Position numbers and translations under genes: made by a program | In this document: piece by piece, positions 38,277-50,637 of the stretch | Numbering within the stretch: the first letter of the stretch is position 1 | How the letters are laid out: the number at the start of each line of letters is the position of its first letter | Source: Eledone cirrhosa | Taxonomy: Eukaryota | Reading direction: 5' to 3' | Assembly: GCA_964016885.1 (NCBI GenBank) | Contig: OZ024740.1 | Span: 126,170,001 to 126,234,000, forward strand | DNA length: 64,000 nucleotides | Notes under the pieces: generated by a model | Told to the model about the DNA's origin: nothing | The model's database searches: none | Seen by the model: only the letters and a program-made list of their open reading frames with translations

Positions 38277-40109
38277 TTGTCTCAGGCAGACATTCATTTC
38301 CCGCCATTACCAATGACTGCAGGTGTTAAAGCCTCCACCACCACCACCACCGCGACAACCACCACCCCCACCACCACCGCGACAACAGAAACAAAAGAAG
38401 AAAAAATTAAATTAACTCGTGATGTCGAAATGAAATTAAGCAAAATGGACTCTTCCGCACCAAAGACGACTGACGCCACCACCACCACAACTGAAACTAA
38501 AATTAATATTAACACAAATAACGATAGCAACAACAACAACAATGACATTATAAAACCGACCCTCAGTTTCGCCATCGTAGCAAAACAATTCGAAGCGTTC
38601 ACGGTAACTCAAGAGGATTTAGAAAATGCCAAACAAATGGTAAAGAAAGATGGGTACAGGGTCAGCCTCCCCCCCCGCACCTAATAAAATGGAGCATCGG
38701 CGCCTATGCACCGTGTCGTATAGAACAATAAATGTAAAATCGCGCCGAATGGAACGGGCATCCGAGTCCCAAATCCAAAAAGCTTTGGGACATGTGTGGG
38801 CAAGAAAAACCCACATCAGATGTGGGCAAAAGTATGGAACCGTGGATGTGTTCTTTGAAACACCAGAGGAGGCTAGAGAACACTTCATGGCCCCATTAAA
38901 AAGTGACGACTTCACACTCGTCCCAAGCTATTGTGGCCAGAGACTCGTAAAGATCAGGGTGACCCACGTTCCACCGGTCATCGAAATTCCCTGGCTAATA
39001 GCGGCTGTCCTCGCCGGCATCGAAGCCAACACGAAAATAATAGCAATAGCAAAAGAAAAGCAGGAAAACTGGTCCGGATCTGGGATGGAGCTCCTGATCC
39101 AAGCGGACCAAAAAGGCATTGAGGAGATCCCAGAGGTAATAGACCTCACTGACGGCAGCCACCTCACGGTAATTGTCGAGGGCAGAAGACCTAGGTGTGT
39201 CGTTTGTGGTGAAGGAACCCACCTAAGGGCTTTCTGCCCTCAGGCTAAAAGGTTGAGGCCACCTCTCCTACCCACCCCAGTGACACAACCATCAACACCA
39301 CCAGTAGCAGAGATGGCAGCAACAACTGTAGCAGCAACAACAGAAGCAACTATAACAGCAACAACCCCAGCAACAGTAGCAAAACCAACACCACCACCAC
39401 CCAACGCTTCAGAACTAGCACCAGCGCCTACACCATCCACCACACCACAACCAAAACTAACGGCTGTGGAGGATTTTCCACTCCCCGGCCTATCACAACT
39501 GGAGGCAGATTGTGACGACGAGGAGTGGGAAACGATAACCGGAAAAAAAAAAGAAACCAAAAAAGAAAAAATTCTCTTCCTTCCCCCTCCAAAAACAAAA
39601 TACAGAGGGAAACAAATAAACTAAGAAACAAAAAAGTTAGGACAGATATGCCACCATCCACACCAGCATCACCAACCCCATCAACCCAAACACCAACACC
39701 ATCACCATCATTAACTCCAACACCACCATCACCTACACCACAAAAGTCACCAAAATGCGAAACAGAAACAAACCCACAACAAACGCAAGCAAAACAAAAC
39801 AACCAAAACGATACACACTACACAGCATTAAATTTGAACAACAAGCAATTATTACACTACATCCAACACAACACCAGCATCACAGACAAAGACTACACAA
39901 CAACCCCAAAATTCACACCACCTCCACACATACAAATCACTCGCATCACACAGAAAACGTACATGACACTAAAACAAGAATTCCCCAAAGACATCGGAGA
40001 CTTCCGACAAGCACTCTCCAGGAGGATTTATAAGGACATCCTTCCTGAGGAGGCCACAAGCAGTGAAAAGGATGGAAAAGCCGTCCTTCCCCTACGAGAA
40101 GTAAGGTAA
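38277..40109 (+). pseudogene. Tx1 ORF1b, broken by frameshifts at homopolymer runs
   Basis: ORFs 38277-38684, 38650-39624 (CVVCGEGTHLRAFC knuckle) and 39525-40109. Confidence 0.82.
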
Positions 40110-40143
40110 GTGGTCTTTCCCATCTGTTCCACTCCTTTTCAAC

Positions 40144-43100
40144 ATGACCTCACTCAGAATAGGCAGCATAAATGCGCGTGGCTTGGGGTCGTCATGGAAG
40201 CAGGGCCACCTGCTCAACGACCTCAGGTCACTAAACATAGATGTAGTGGCCATCAGCGAGACCAGAATCTCCGAAGCACAGGCTTTCGCACCGATCTTCG
40301 GCGGCTACGATGTGTACGCATCTCCCAGCCGTCCGGGATCGGGGGGAGGAGTTGCTGTGCTTTTTCGGAGAGGTTTGGATCTTGCCATACGGGCCATCTT
40401 CCTGGACCTAGAAGGTAAGTTGGTGGTGCTGGACGTGACCAGCGGAGACGGGCAAGCTTTCAGGTTAGTGGCCGTCTATGCCCCGACAGGAGCAGGGCGG
40501 CCTGATTTCTTCCGGCGTCTGGAGACCTTTCTTGGAACGTCCCGCTCTTTAGTGTTAGTGGGCGACTGGAACGGGATCTTAGATGCACGCTGGGATTGTG
40601 TGGGATTAGTGGATAGGGAAGGAGGGTGCAAGAGTCTCACCAACCTGCTCAGACGTTTTGAACTGTCTGACAGGTACCGAATGGATTTCCCGAATGTACC
40701 AATGTGGACTTGGACAAGTCGCATAGGGTCATCCAGATCATATCTAGATAGAGTATTTTGTAGGGAAATAGATAGGTCTAGCATAGGCTGTCCACAATTC
40801 AAGATAGTCAGCTACACGGACCACAAATTCGTGATCTGTGTGCTTGACTTAGATAGGCTCCATAGACGAGGACCCGGCTACTGGAAGCTAAACGCGTCCT
40901 TACCAGCGCGCAAGGCCTACAGAGACCGGATTAGCGAACTAGTTAAGCGGGCGTTGACGGGGGCCATCGTCAACAACAAGTGGTGGTTTGCTCTGAAAAG
41001 AGCAATTAGAATACAGTCCATTAGGTTTAGTAAGACTTTAGCAATAGAGAAAAATAGTGCAGAGGGAGAATTAGTTAGAAAATTAGACGAGGCGCTTAGC
41101 AAAGGCATCGCTACCGACGTACTTGCGGCGAAATTGGCCCTTGATCAATTCTTCAATGCAAAGCACGAAGGCTGCGTTGTCAGAGCTAGGGTGCGTGCTC
41201 TCAGGCACGAGGGGACGAAAGCCGTTCAATGGGCCCGAGTGGCGGAGACTCGTCGTGGCAACAAAGCCACGATCCGGTCTTTGGTGGACCACGACGGGCG
41301 CATGCTACTCGATCCCGGGCAAATGTGTGAAGCTTTTCAGCGACACTTCGCTCAACTGTTCGGGGGCAGTGGCGGGCCGGATCGAGGGATGGACTTTAGT
41401 GTCTACCTCGACGGCTGCCGCGGCTTTCGGCCACTGAGGCGGAGTGTTGCGAAAAGTCGATAACAACCGCTGAAGTACGGGATGCAATGACTAGTTGCAC
41501 AACGGGTAAATCGCCTGGTTTGGATGGTCTGTCCTATGAACTTTACGTACAAATGCCAAACTTGTTCGGAGGCCTCTTGGCGGACGTCTACTGCAACTGG
41601 CAACAGAACGGGAGAATTCCCAGCTTTGTGAGCCGAGGAGCGGTGGCGCTGCTGAGAAAGGATCCGAACAAGGGGGATAACATAGATAATTTTAGGCCCA
41701 TAACTCTGCTAAACACAGAGTTCAAGATTTTGGCCAAGGTGCTAGCAAAGAGGTTGGCGCTTGTCGTTGGTGCTCTGGTGGGAGAGGCACAGACATGCGC
41801 CATTCCCGACAGATCCATCCACGACAACCTCCACCTCATGCGATACATCGTAGAGAGGGTAGCTAGGGAACCTGGCACGAGTGGGTCTTTGATCAATTTA
41901 GATCAGTCGAAAGCCTTCGATAGGGTCGACCATCGTTACCTAACGGCAGTCCTGAGGGCGGCTGGCTTTGGGCTCGTCTTCAGAGGCTGGATCGCTGCCA
42001 TGCACAGCGACATCTGCTCTGTAGTGAGAGTGAACGGTCACCTTTCGGAACCGTTCAACATCATGCGCTCGGTCCGCCAAGGATGTCCCCTCTCGTCCCT
42101 ATTGTACGTATTGACTCTCGAGCCATTACTGCACAAACTGGAGACGTTGAGGGGGGTCCCGCGCGAACTAGGATGCGGAAGATCCGTCAGCATATGCCGA
42201 CGATGTCACCGTATTGGTGTCGAACGCCAAACACATCGAGGCGATCGGCACTACACTAAGAGAATACGAAGCGGTGACAGGAGCAATGATCAACCAGGAA
42301 AAGTCAGTGGGCCTGCAGCTCGGCACCTGGAGAAGCAGGTCCATGCCGTCCAACAGCGTCGTCGGGCGCTGGACGGGCGGACCGGTTAAATTGCTAGGGG
42401 TCTGGTTCGGTCCAGACCTCCAGACGGACAAAAACTGGGACGAGGTGACGAGCAGGGTGGCTTCTCTCACCCAGAAATGGGCCGAGAGGAAGCTATCCCT
42501 GAAAGGTCGAGCGGAGGTGGCTAACGCGTACATCGCGTCCGTCTTCTACTACCGCCTGACCGTCGTACCTTGTCCTAAGCCCCGCCTGACTGCGCTGGAG
42601 CGTTTGCTCTTTCGCTTCTTGTGGAAGGGACGCGCTCCGATGGTCAGGCGGTCCATCTGCTGTCAACACCCGCTACGTGGAGGGCTGGGCATACTGTGGC
42701 TGATGATGCGCAGACACGCGCTCAGGCTACGATATCTCCACCTCTTCCTCGACGGTGATCAGGTGTGGTCGCCGTTTGCTAGACACGTTTTTCCCCAGCT
42801 CGTCTCCTTGACGGAGCTGCAGTCCTGGGTCAAGCGAAGACCGAGAGGGAGCACTTGGAGACTGGAATGTCTTCAGGCGCTCACAGCCCTCGACCAATCG
42901 GGCAATGTGATCGGTGGAAACTCCACCTTGGCGTTCTATAGGGGATTAGTGGAGGGGAAGAGCGACGACGTACTTGGAGAAACTCTAGGCGTCGACGAAA
43001 ATCAACTAGCCAATCTCTTCGGAAGGACTTTCGGGCCGGGGCCTATGGACAACTTCCAGAAATCCCTGGCCTGGCAGTGCTACCAGGGTGCTTTGCCAGT

Positions 43101-43560
43101 TCGAAATAAACTTTACAGGCATGGAGGTGCCGTCAGCTGGGCATGTCCGAGATGCGCACAGGGCGACGAAACCGTCCTGCACGCACTCGTCCAGTGTCCG
43201 AGCATTGCTGACTTGTGGGTTTACGTCGAACACCTGCTGTCACGTGTAGGACGGATCCAGCTATCAGCTGAGTCCATCGTGAGGATTGCCCCGCCCTCTT
43301 CCTTTAGCCGGGAAGGGCAGGCAGTTTTTATCTGTCTGGTGGCCATGGCGAAAGAGATAGTATGGTGGACACGTTTGAAAGGGCTGAAGACGAGCACTTA
43401 CCTCTTCGGTGATGCCCTGATTAACTTTTTCAAATTTCATTTGAAAAGGAAAATCAGGGTAGAGAGGGAAGTGCTCTCTTCCCAGCATTTTGTTGAAAGA
43501 TGGGTGAGAGAAGCAAGTATGGCCCGAATGAATGGGCCTTCTCTGAGTATGTGTCTGTAA
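40144..43560 (+). pseudogene. Tx1 ORF2a (APE-RT-Cys domain), two apparent frameshifts
   Basis: ORFs 40144-41463, 41487-42389 and 42214-43560 with canonical APE/RT motifs and CPRC..ET..H..C. Confidence 0.9.
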
Positions 43561-43848
43561 ATTAAAGGTGGAAAACTGGGAGAGGGCACTTGCCCTGGTG
43601 GTCAGGGCCACTGTGGTCTTTTAATGGGCTTTCTCCACAAATGTCCCTCGGAAGTCTCCCCCCTATTGGGGAATTTTTCTTTGTTATTTTATTCCAACCT
43701 CTGTTTTTTTTACACGCAGAAATGCCCATTTGTACCGTCCTGTATTGTCCTGTACTGTCCTTAATGTCTACTTTATGTAAACCCTTGTGGTTAATAAAGA
43801 AAACATTATTATTATTATTATTATTATTAGTAGTAGTAGTAGTAGTAT

Positions 43849-43898
<50 letters not shown>

Positions 43899-44239
43899 TT
43901 TATTGTGACGATGACAACAATTTTTCATTCTCCGCTGTGACTATGAATGCAAAAATTAATCTTCTAAATTTAATTTAACTTCATCGAACTGAAGTATTTA
44001 TATGCCATCCGCTTTTGGTTGGCAATCGTCGGGATTAAAATAGGAAATAAACACAGACACTCAGAGTCACACACACACACGCACACACACGCATACACAC
44101 ATACACACACACACATATATATATAATGTAAATAACATGGGAAAATGTGAATGAAAAATATATATTAAGAAATCATATATTTTAATATTAATAATATGAA
44201 CACAACAACAACAATTTCGACAATGAAAACAACAGTAAC

Positions 44240-44257
44240 AACAGCAACAACAACAAC

Positions 44258-44346
<89 letters not shown>
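44240..44346. repeat. (CAA)n/(AAT)n microsatellite
   Basis: direct reading. Confidence 0.95.
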
Positions 44347-44348
<2 letters not shown>

Positions 44349-45139
44349 GCATTATGATAGTGATAATGATACTCGAATACTAATTAGATTTGAAGTAATT
44401 ATTGGTTTCATTCTATAAATCATTTATCAAGATAGTTGAATGAACACTCATAATCGGGAGATTTGCTAGAGTCTCACTACACAACTCTACCCCCCATACT
44501 GTCATACATTAACGTCCCTACATTATTCATTCTGCAAATTCAATCTCCCTCTTCATGCCTCTAGTCTTTAACAGCAGCTCTCTTATTTATTTCGCATTTC
44601 ATTTTCTAACAATCATCGTATGCACTCACGTCTTTGTTGTATTTCTTATTTAGTCTCATTACTTTGGAATTTGCACGTGACAAATTAATAGTATGCGAAA
44701 CAGCGTTTTCTAATTTAGGAATAACATCGGCAATCCAGGGGATGGAAAGTCAACGCCAATCATATTTGAACTCAGTACTTGACTGGCAATTTTAGTTTTA
44801 GCGACCTGGAAGAATCAAATGCTTGATTTAAAGCCGGAAGGTAAAGAGCGGAAACAAATGTCACAAAGCATGTGTCTGACTCTTAAGTTTCAACCAGTGT
44901 ACCACCCTACTATGCAAAATTACAAACACACGTCTATGCACAGACGAAACAACCCTAGCAACCCTCAAAATGTCTTCTCACACATTGTAAACAATATACA
45001 AATACATACATAGAACAAACCTTCACTGTTTCAGAAGCTTGCTATAACTATATACAGTTAATGAATCCCAGTTATCATTTTACATACTTGTTTACACGTT
45101 TTATATAGATTGAACGAGCCTTATTCCGGTATAAAGCAC

Positions 45140-45342
45140 TGTGTGTGCAGAACTCCCTCTCTGGACAGGATGTTACTTCATCGCCGGGTTAACCTAAGTG
45201 GCTGTGGCTGGCACTCATCTTCAGCAGTGTGGCCTGGATCAACGCAACATGAAATGCATTGCTCAAGAACACGTTTCGTTCGATTTCGGACCGAACACAT
45301 GACTTGTTCTGAAGTACAGCATATTATTCACTAGACCATCGC
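45140..45342 (-). mobile_element. old tRNA-SINE remnant of another family
   Basis: ttgctcaagaacac core-like motif and cactagacca (rc A-box-like tggtctagtg). Confidence 0.45.
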
Positions 45343-45454
45343 ATTCATCAGGAAGTTAATGACAGTTTCAAGTTCGCCCCACCCCAACCCCCCAAAACAA
45401 GAACAACAACAAAATAAATACATACATCGTTAGTTTTCATAATAAAAATAGTAA

Positions 45455-45621
45455 TAACTGTTTCTACTTTTGGTACAAGGACAGCAATTACACAGTACAT
45501 TACTGGTACTTTATTTTATCTACCACGTAAGGATGAAATGCAAAGTTAACCTCAACGGGATTTGAACTAAAACCGTAAAAGGACGTAACTATGCTAGAAA
45601 GCATGGCATCCAACCCTCTAC
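45455..45621 (-). mobile_element. tRNA-derived SINE
   Basis: tgtttctacttttggtacaagg..aggatgaaatgcaaagttaacctc..gatttgaac. Confidence 0.85.
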
Positions 45622-46329
45622 ATGTTTAAACATGTCGAGCGAATTCATCGTTTGATCAGTTACCAACAGACGCCAGGTCTGCTCGAATAATTAATCAGAA
45701 TAAACTGGCAGTATTTTATAATGACAAAGGCTACCACATGTTGCTGGAATAGAATTAAATAAAATGTTAGCAGATTTTAAATTTTGGAATATAAAAACAA
45801 AACAAGCAATGGTGCCTTTGATTTTGTGACATATTCCCAGATTAAGCATGATCTAAAACACACATGATTAAAGTCATTTCAGACGTGACCACATTGTATT
45901 TTTGCATATCAGAAATTAGAGTGTTCGCTATATCATTCTTTATTTCGTGTGATAGGTTGTGGGTTGAATAAGGTTTGGTAGCTATTGCTAGCAAATTCAG
46001 CAACCATTCAATGCCTTCCTTCTTGAGTTGCTGTGTTACAAGATGTTGTTTAGCCCATGTCGGATCTGATCACGCGAAAGTAGTATCAACTCATTCCAGT
46101 CAAAAATATCTTAGAGGTAGATATAACGCAGCACGTAATTTAATATGTCGTTTCATTTGGCCTTGGTTCCGTTAAACGGTATGTTAGGCGTACATATTTG
46201 CATGATTCATTTGACATGGTCTACACTTCCAGAATAATAATAGTTCATGGACTGCAATAATTATCGAATATTCTAATTCTAATTCTGCTGCTGTTGATAT
46301 CTCTTCTACTCTATTCGGCTTCTCCAGTT

Positions 46330-47770
46330 ATACTACCACTATTATGTCAATATTGCCAATCTCGGAGCGATTGTAAAGGACGACCTCTTTCTCAAGACCA
46401 ACACGATAAATAACCAAACATCTACTTGGCGAGCATACAATTAAAATGTCATGTAATTGTAATTAAAAATGTGAAATACCAAATTTTATATCGTAGAACA
46501 TCTAAACGGGCTCTCAAATATTTAACACGTTCCTTAACAACAATTTCTATCGTTGGTGTAGTCAAAATAAGTAATATGATTGCCTAAAACAGCACTAACA
46601 ACGGTAAATGAAATGTGAGAAGTCTGTTTCTAAGTGGATACTGACTTTACTGTTGAGAACGTTTCCAACTATAACTTGATGATCGGGGTATCGTATAATG
46701 TTATGGAGAAGATGGACATAGAAAGAATGAGTAATTCTAGACTACTCAGGCTCATTGATTGATAAGCGTAAAATCTAGGAGAAAGAAAACAACAGACTGG
46801 GTAAAAAATAGACTAGAGGAATAGCAGGTATGGACGGCTGAGTCAAACGAAGCAGCAGGAATGTTATATAAGACTGGAGATTACTAAAGGGAATTAAGCA
46901 CAGGAAGCAGCTAAGTGAAACGATTTTAAGGTATTATATTGGATTATTCGAGAAGTGACAGAAGCGAGACGTAAATAATGGAAAGTTTCACTCTAGGCGG
47001 AATACTTCATAGAGCTACAGATACAATCAACAGCAGCTGCCTTACTCTATTTCAATAAAACTCTACCACATAAACGGATTTTACAAATTGTCGGCAAAGT
47101 TGTGCCGATTATCAACAACGTAGAGACAAAGGTCATACTGACAAGTACAATATAATAATGCAATTATATACATACGTTGATTGTCTCTGTAAACATTATT
47201 GCACCCAGAGACTGGACGGGTTTCAGGAAACATGTGTGTGAAGAACTTTATTATTACATACGGAGTCGAGGCGGTGGATTGGCAGTTTCAGTAGAGAGTC
47301 GGCCGCCATGCTTTGCAGCATAGAGTTACGGCCCTTTATGATCTGAGTTCAAATCCCCCCGAGGTTAACTTTGCCTTTCATCCTTACGAGTCGATAAAAT
47401 ATAGTACTAGTAATGCACTGGGGTCGATTTAATCGACTTTTCGATCCCCTAAAATGTCTGGCCTTGTGCCTATATAAGAAACCATTATTACATACGGAGT
47501 CAGAATCACCAGCAAAACAATCTGATAAAGTGCATATTCTTAAACTTCTGCAAATATACTTACATAGAATCGAATCCGGTTTCGAAGCCACGTATTGGAT
47601 ATGCAAGAAAGAATGCATACAGATCAGCACTATTCTGGTTATCCTCTTATAGGAAAAGAAAGTGAGGAAGACAACGCAAAATATGGCGAAGTACGTTCAG
47701 AAATCATCTGAAAATGTTGGACCTATGGTCGGAAGAAGCTAGAAAAGTTTCTGACAGTAGGACCTACGTC
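46330..47770 (+). mobile_element. heavily decayed RTE-like LINE 3' region, interrupted by a SINE; boundaries approximate
   Basis: C-terminal GKRK.GRQRKIWRSTF..L..L..W.E.A...DSR-like remnant at ~47650-47760. Confidence 0.45.
47268..47483 (+). mobile_element. full-length tRNA-derived SINE with 18-bp target site duplication
   Basis: ATTATTACATACGGAGTC at 47250-47267 and 47484-47501; A/B boxes present. Confidence 0.93.
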
Positions 47771-49569
47771 TACGTTTAAGTTAAGTATTGGATTCTCTTA
47801 TACTCGATTACTCGCCGCTCTTAATACATATAACCATGTCCTCATACCGCAGAACATTACTATAAACGAAACTTTAATAGTTAACAAAAACACTATTTAA
47901 TTATCTTGAAACGACTATCTGTTTCCACTTTTCTATTATATTAACCCTCTCACCATCACTATTCTCATTCTCTTATTTGTGTTTGCTCGTAGCAAGCATA
48001 AAGGAAAACTAATATGTAAAATAATATAGCATTGCTTCCCATACGACACAACTGTACTAAATGCTCCGGATTCTGCATTATTCTTTTTACTAAATAAATA
48101 ACTTTATCTGCCATTACTAATGTTGTTCTTTCGTATATAATTTATAGTTGCTTCCTTCTTCTTGAGATAAACCGCTCCCAACAACACTATCTTAATTATA
48201 TTAGATGCTTAACACTTAAATTCTTTTCTTCATCTCCTGCTTTTCTTCTCGTAACTATTTTGTCATACATATCTTTCTGGGTTTCTGTCTTCATGCCCAT
48301 TTTTATTTGTCTGTTTGTGCATGTGTTTCACTAATTGTTTTTCTTATATGAAAACCGACTGTTTACAAAAAAAAAAAAAAAACTCAGATATGAAGAAAGA
48401 AAGATATAAAGATAAAAGAAGTAAAAACAGAAGCAATATATTATATCTATTTTATTTTAAGAGAAAATCAGGTGTTAAAAATTGCTAAATAATAGAAATA
48501 ACTATCTGCACGTATCAGAAAAAGGAAAGCTATAACAACACTGAAAGAATAAATAAATAAGTAAACCCTTGTTAGAAATGATTTCCTAAAAGGTTTAATA
48601 ATACATTAATATTCACGGATTCTGGAGGGGGACAAAAACAAATGGATACCATCTTCGCATGAAAATAGAATAAAAGAAACCAAACTCCTACAAATAGATG
48701 ACGTAAAAAAGGATATCATGGGAAATCTTTAGAATTAAAGGGGAGAAAACTGAGAAGCTGCTCCTTTTATGACATTTCGCAAATACTTTCAATTTATAAG
48801 TACATTACTGTTGTACATGTTTAAACGTAAAGTAGTTATCGATCAGTGGATTACAGGTCACAGAGAACTTATCTCAGCAAACATCTACAAATTTAGCCTG
48901 TGTTGATTAAAAATTTAATGCTAACAGAAGGTTACTAAAATAACACTACTAGAGGCCTTCTAGAAGTACCAGTGTGTGTGTGTTGGTGGTAAATGGGTGA
49001 ATATTGAAACGTTAAGCTCTTAACAGCATCATCACTATCGATCAGCACGATGTGGCAGCCGACAAAATATATTAATGATAGAAGGCAATGTGTATGAAAA
49101 AAAGTAGCTATTAGCTATTTATTTTCCTGAAATCAATAATTACTAGTGATTTAGACATGTTATATTCCTGAACTAAATCGATATTCCACAATAGGGTTTA
49201 TTTCATATTCTCTCCATAAACCCACATTCGTTATTTCTCGTACGAATCACTCCCCATCTCATGTTCATGCACACAGAGATATAATTACAGATGTAATTAT
49301 GAATCATTTCCGTGAGATCGAATTACCCTTAAAATGAGCTATTCCTTCTATGATATCATTTGCAAAAAGCTTTCAAAGCAAACACACACACACTAACACA
49401 CACAAACGCGTCACACACACTCACACACACGTCACACACACACATATACACACTATATATATATATATGTAAAAATAATCAGGTAAAGTCTAACCTCACC
49501 TGTTTGTAACATAATGATAACTAAGGGTTTCCTACATTTCATGAATTAAGAAAATATTAATGGTGTGAG

Positions 49570-50050
49570 ATTATCAAAAATGCTTCATTACACCATTATT
49601 GGTGTTCTCCATCATGATGTGAAAATACTCATGAAGTACTTAAATGCTCATACGGATATCGATAGACATGTCTGCTGGAGGTTATCAGCTAATTTTGAGC
49701 ATTTCTACAGAAGTATTTCACCGGACGCCGTTTGCTTCTTGTCTGCTGTATGAAACCCAAATTATCCACAAGTAAATATAACACTGACTTGATTGATATA
49801 TTTGCGCAGACTTCATCGGAATCAATAATTGCTGGCGCTCATATATTCTTAATATAAAAACATAGCGAAGAGCAAATATTGGCAAATAAGAGCAAATATC
49901 ACCAGAATAGTGATGTCTCTGTTCAAATCTAGCTCAAAAGAAACACCTGTATCTAACTTGTGCTTGAAGCTTGATCATGGAAACCAGACATTCACATGAT
50001 TATTGCATAATCTACTCCAAGTTCTACTATGGCATTTATAAAGAGATTGA
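49570..50050 (+). mobile_element. decayed AP-endonuclease remnant (RTE-like)
   Basis: HDVKILMKYLNAH resembles the APE (D)..I.MGD.NA motif; downstream remnants are weak. Confidence 0.35.
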
Positions 50051-50428
50051 AATACGGTGAAACAAAGATTTTCATTTGCCAAACAAGAAAAAAAGGAACT
50101 AAAATGACAAAAATAATTTCTAACATCAAACTCAATCAAACTAAGCAATATTACAAATTCTATGAAATGACTTCATCTGCTAGAATTAGCAGATAAGTTT
50201 CCCTCAAAATATATAGTTTCATTTATTTTAAATGTTACATTGGAGAATGTGTTTACGGTTCACTACGTGTGGAAAATACTTTGGACTTGATACCTTTTCG
50301 ACGTGATTTTATAAAATGATAAACAGCAAAGAGAAAGATATACTTATCTTTCTCATAACTTCAAAAGAATGTGATAATCTTTAATCCATTTCTCAATTCA
50401 TCGTTTATTTAACATCGAATGGGACCAG

Positions 50429-50637
50429 AATGGGCCTCCGTTGGTTTCGACGAAGAGAGTTCTATTTGTTGAAAGGGCCAACTTGCATAAGCTGTCAGAC
50501 TGTGACACTCTGAGAATTATGTTATGAGTACACTAGGTTTTGGAAATCTCAGAGATACGTACGTTAATTCAACGAAAACATTATTCCATTGATCAAAGAA
50601 GTAGTTCATTCATCATTGAAACCAACGGAGGTCCATT
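50429..50637. mobile_element. small MITE-like element with ~27-bp TIRs
   Basis: aatgggcctccgttggtttcgacga / tcattgaaaccaacggaggtccatt. Confidence 0.6.

Larger units (their letters stand above)
37934..43804 (+). mobile_element. Tx1 LINE copy C (ORF1b + ORF2a), full length, least decayed
   Basis: Flanked by (ATT)n on both sides; 5' UTR, ORF1, ORF2 and 3' UTR with aataaa. Confidence 0.93.

Noticed and set aside
38640-38700. Programmed frameshift or separate ORF0 in Tx1 ORF1
   Set aside because: Copy B stays in one frame through the equivalent region; the break in C sits in a poly-C run, so it is mutation or sequencing error.
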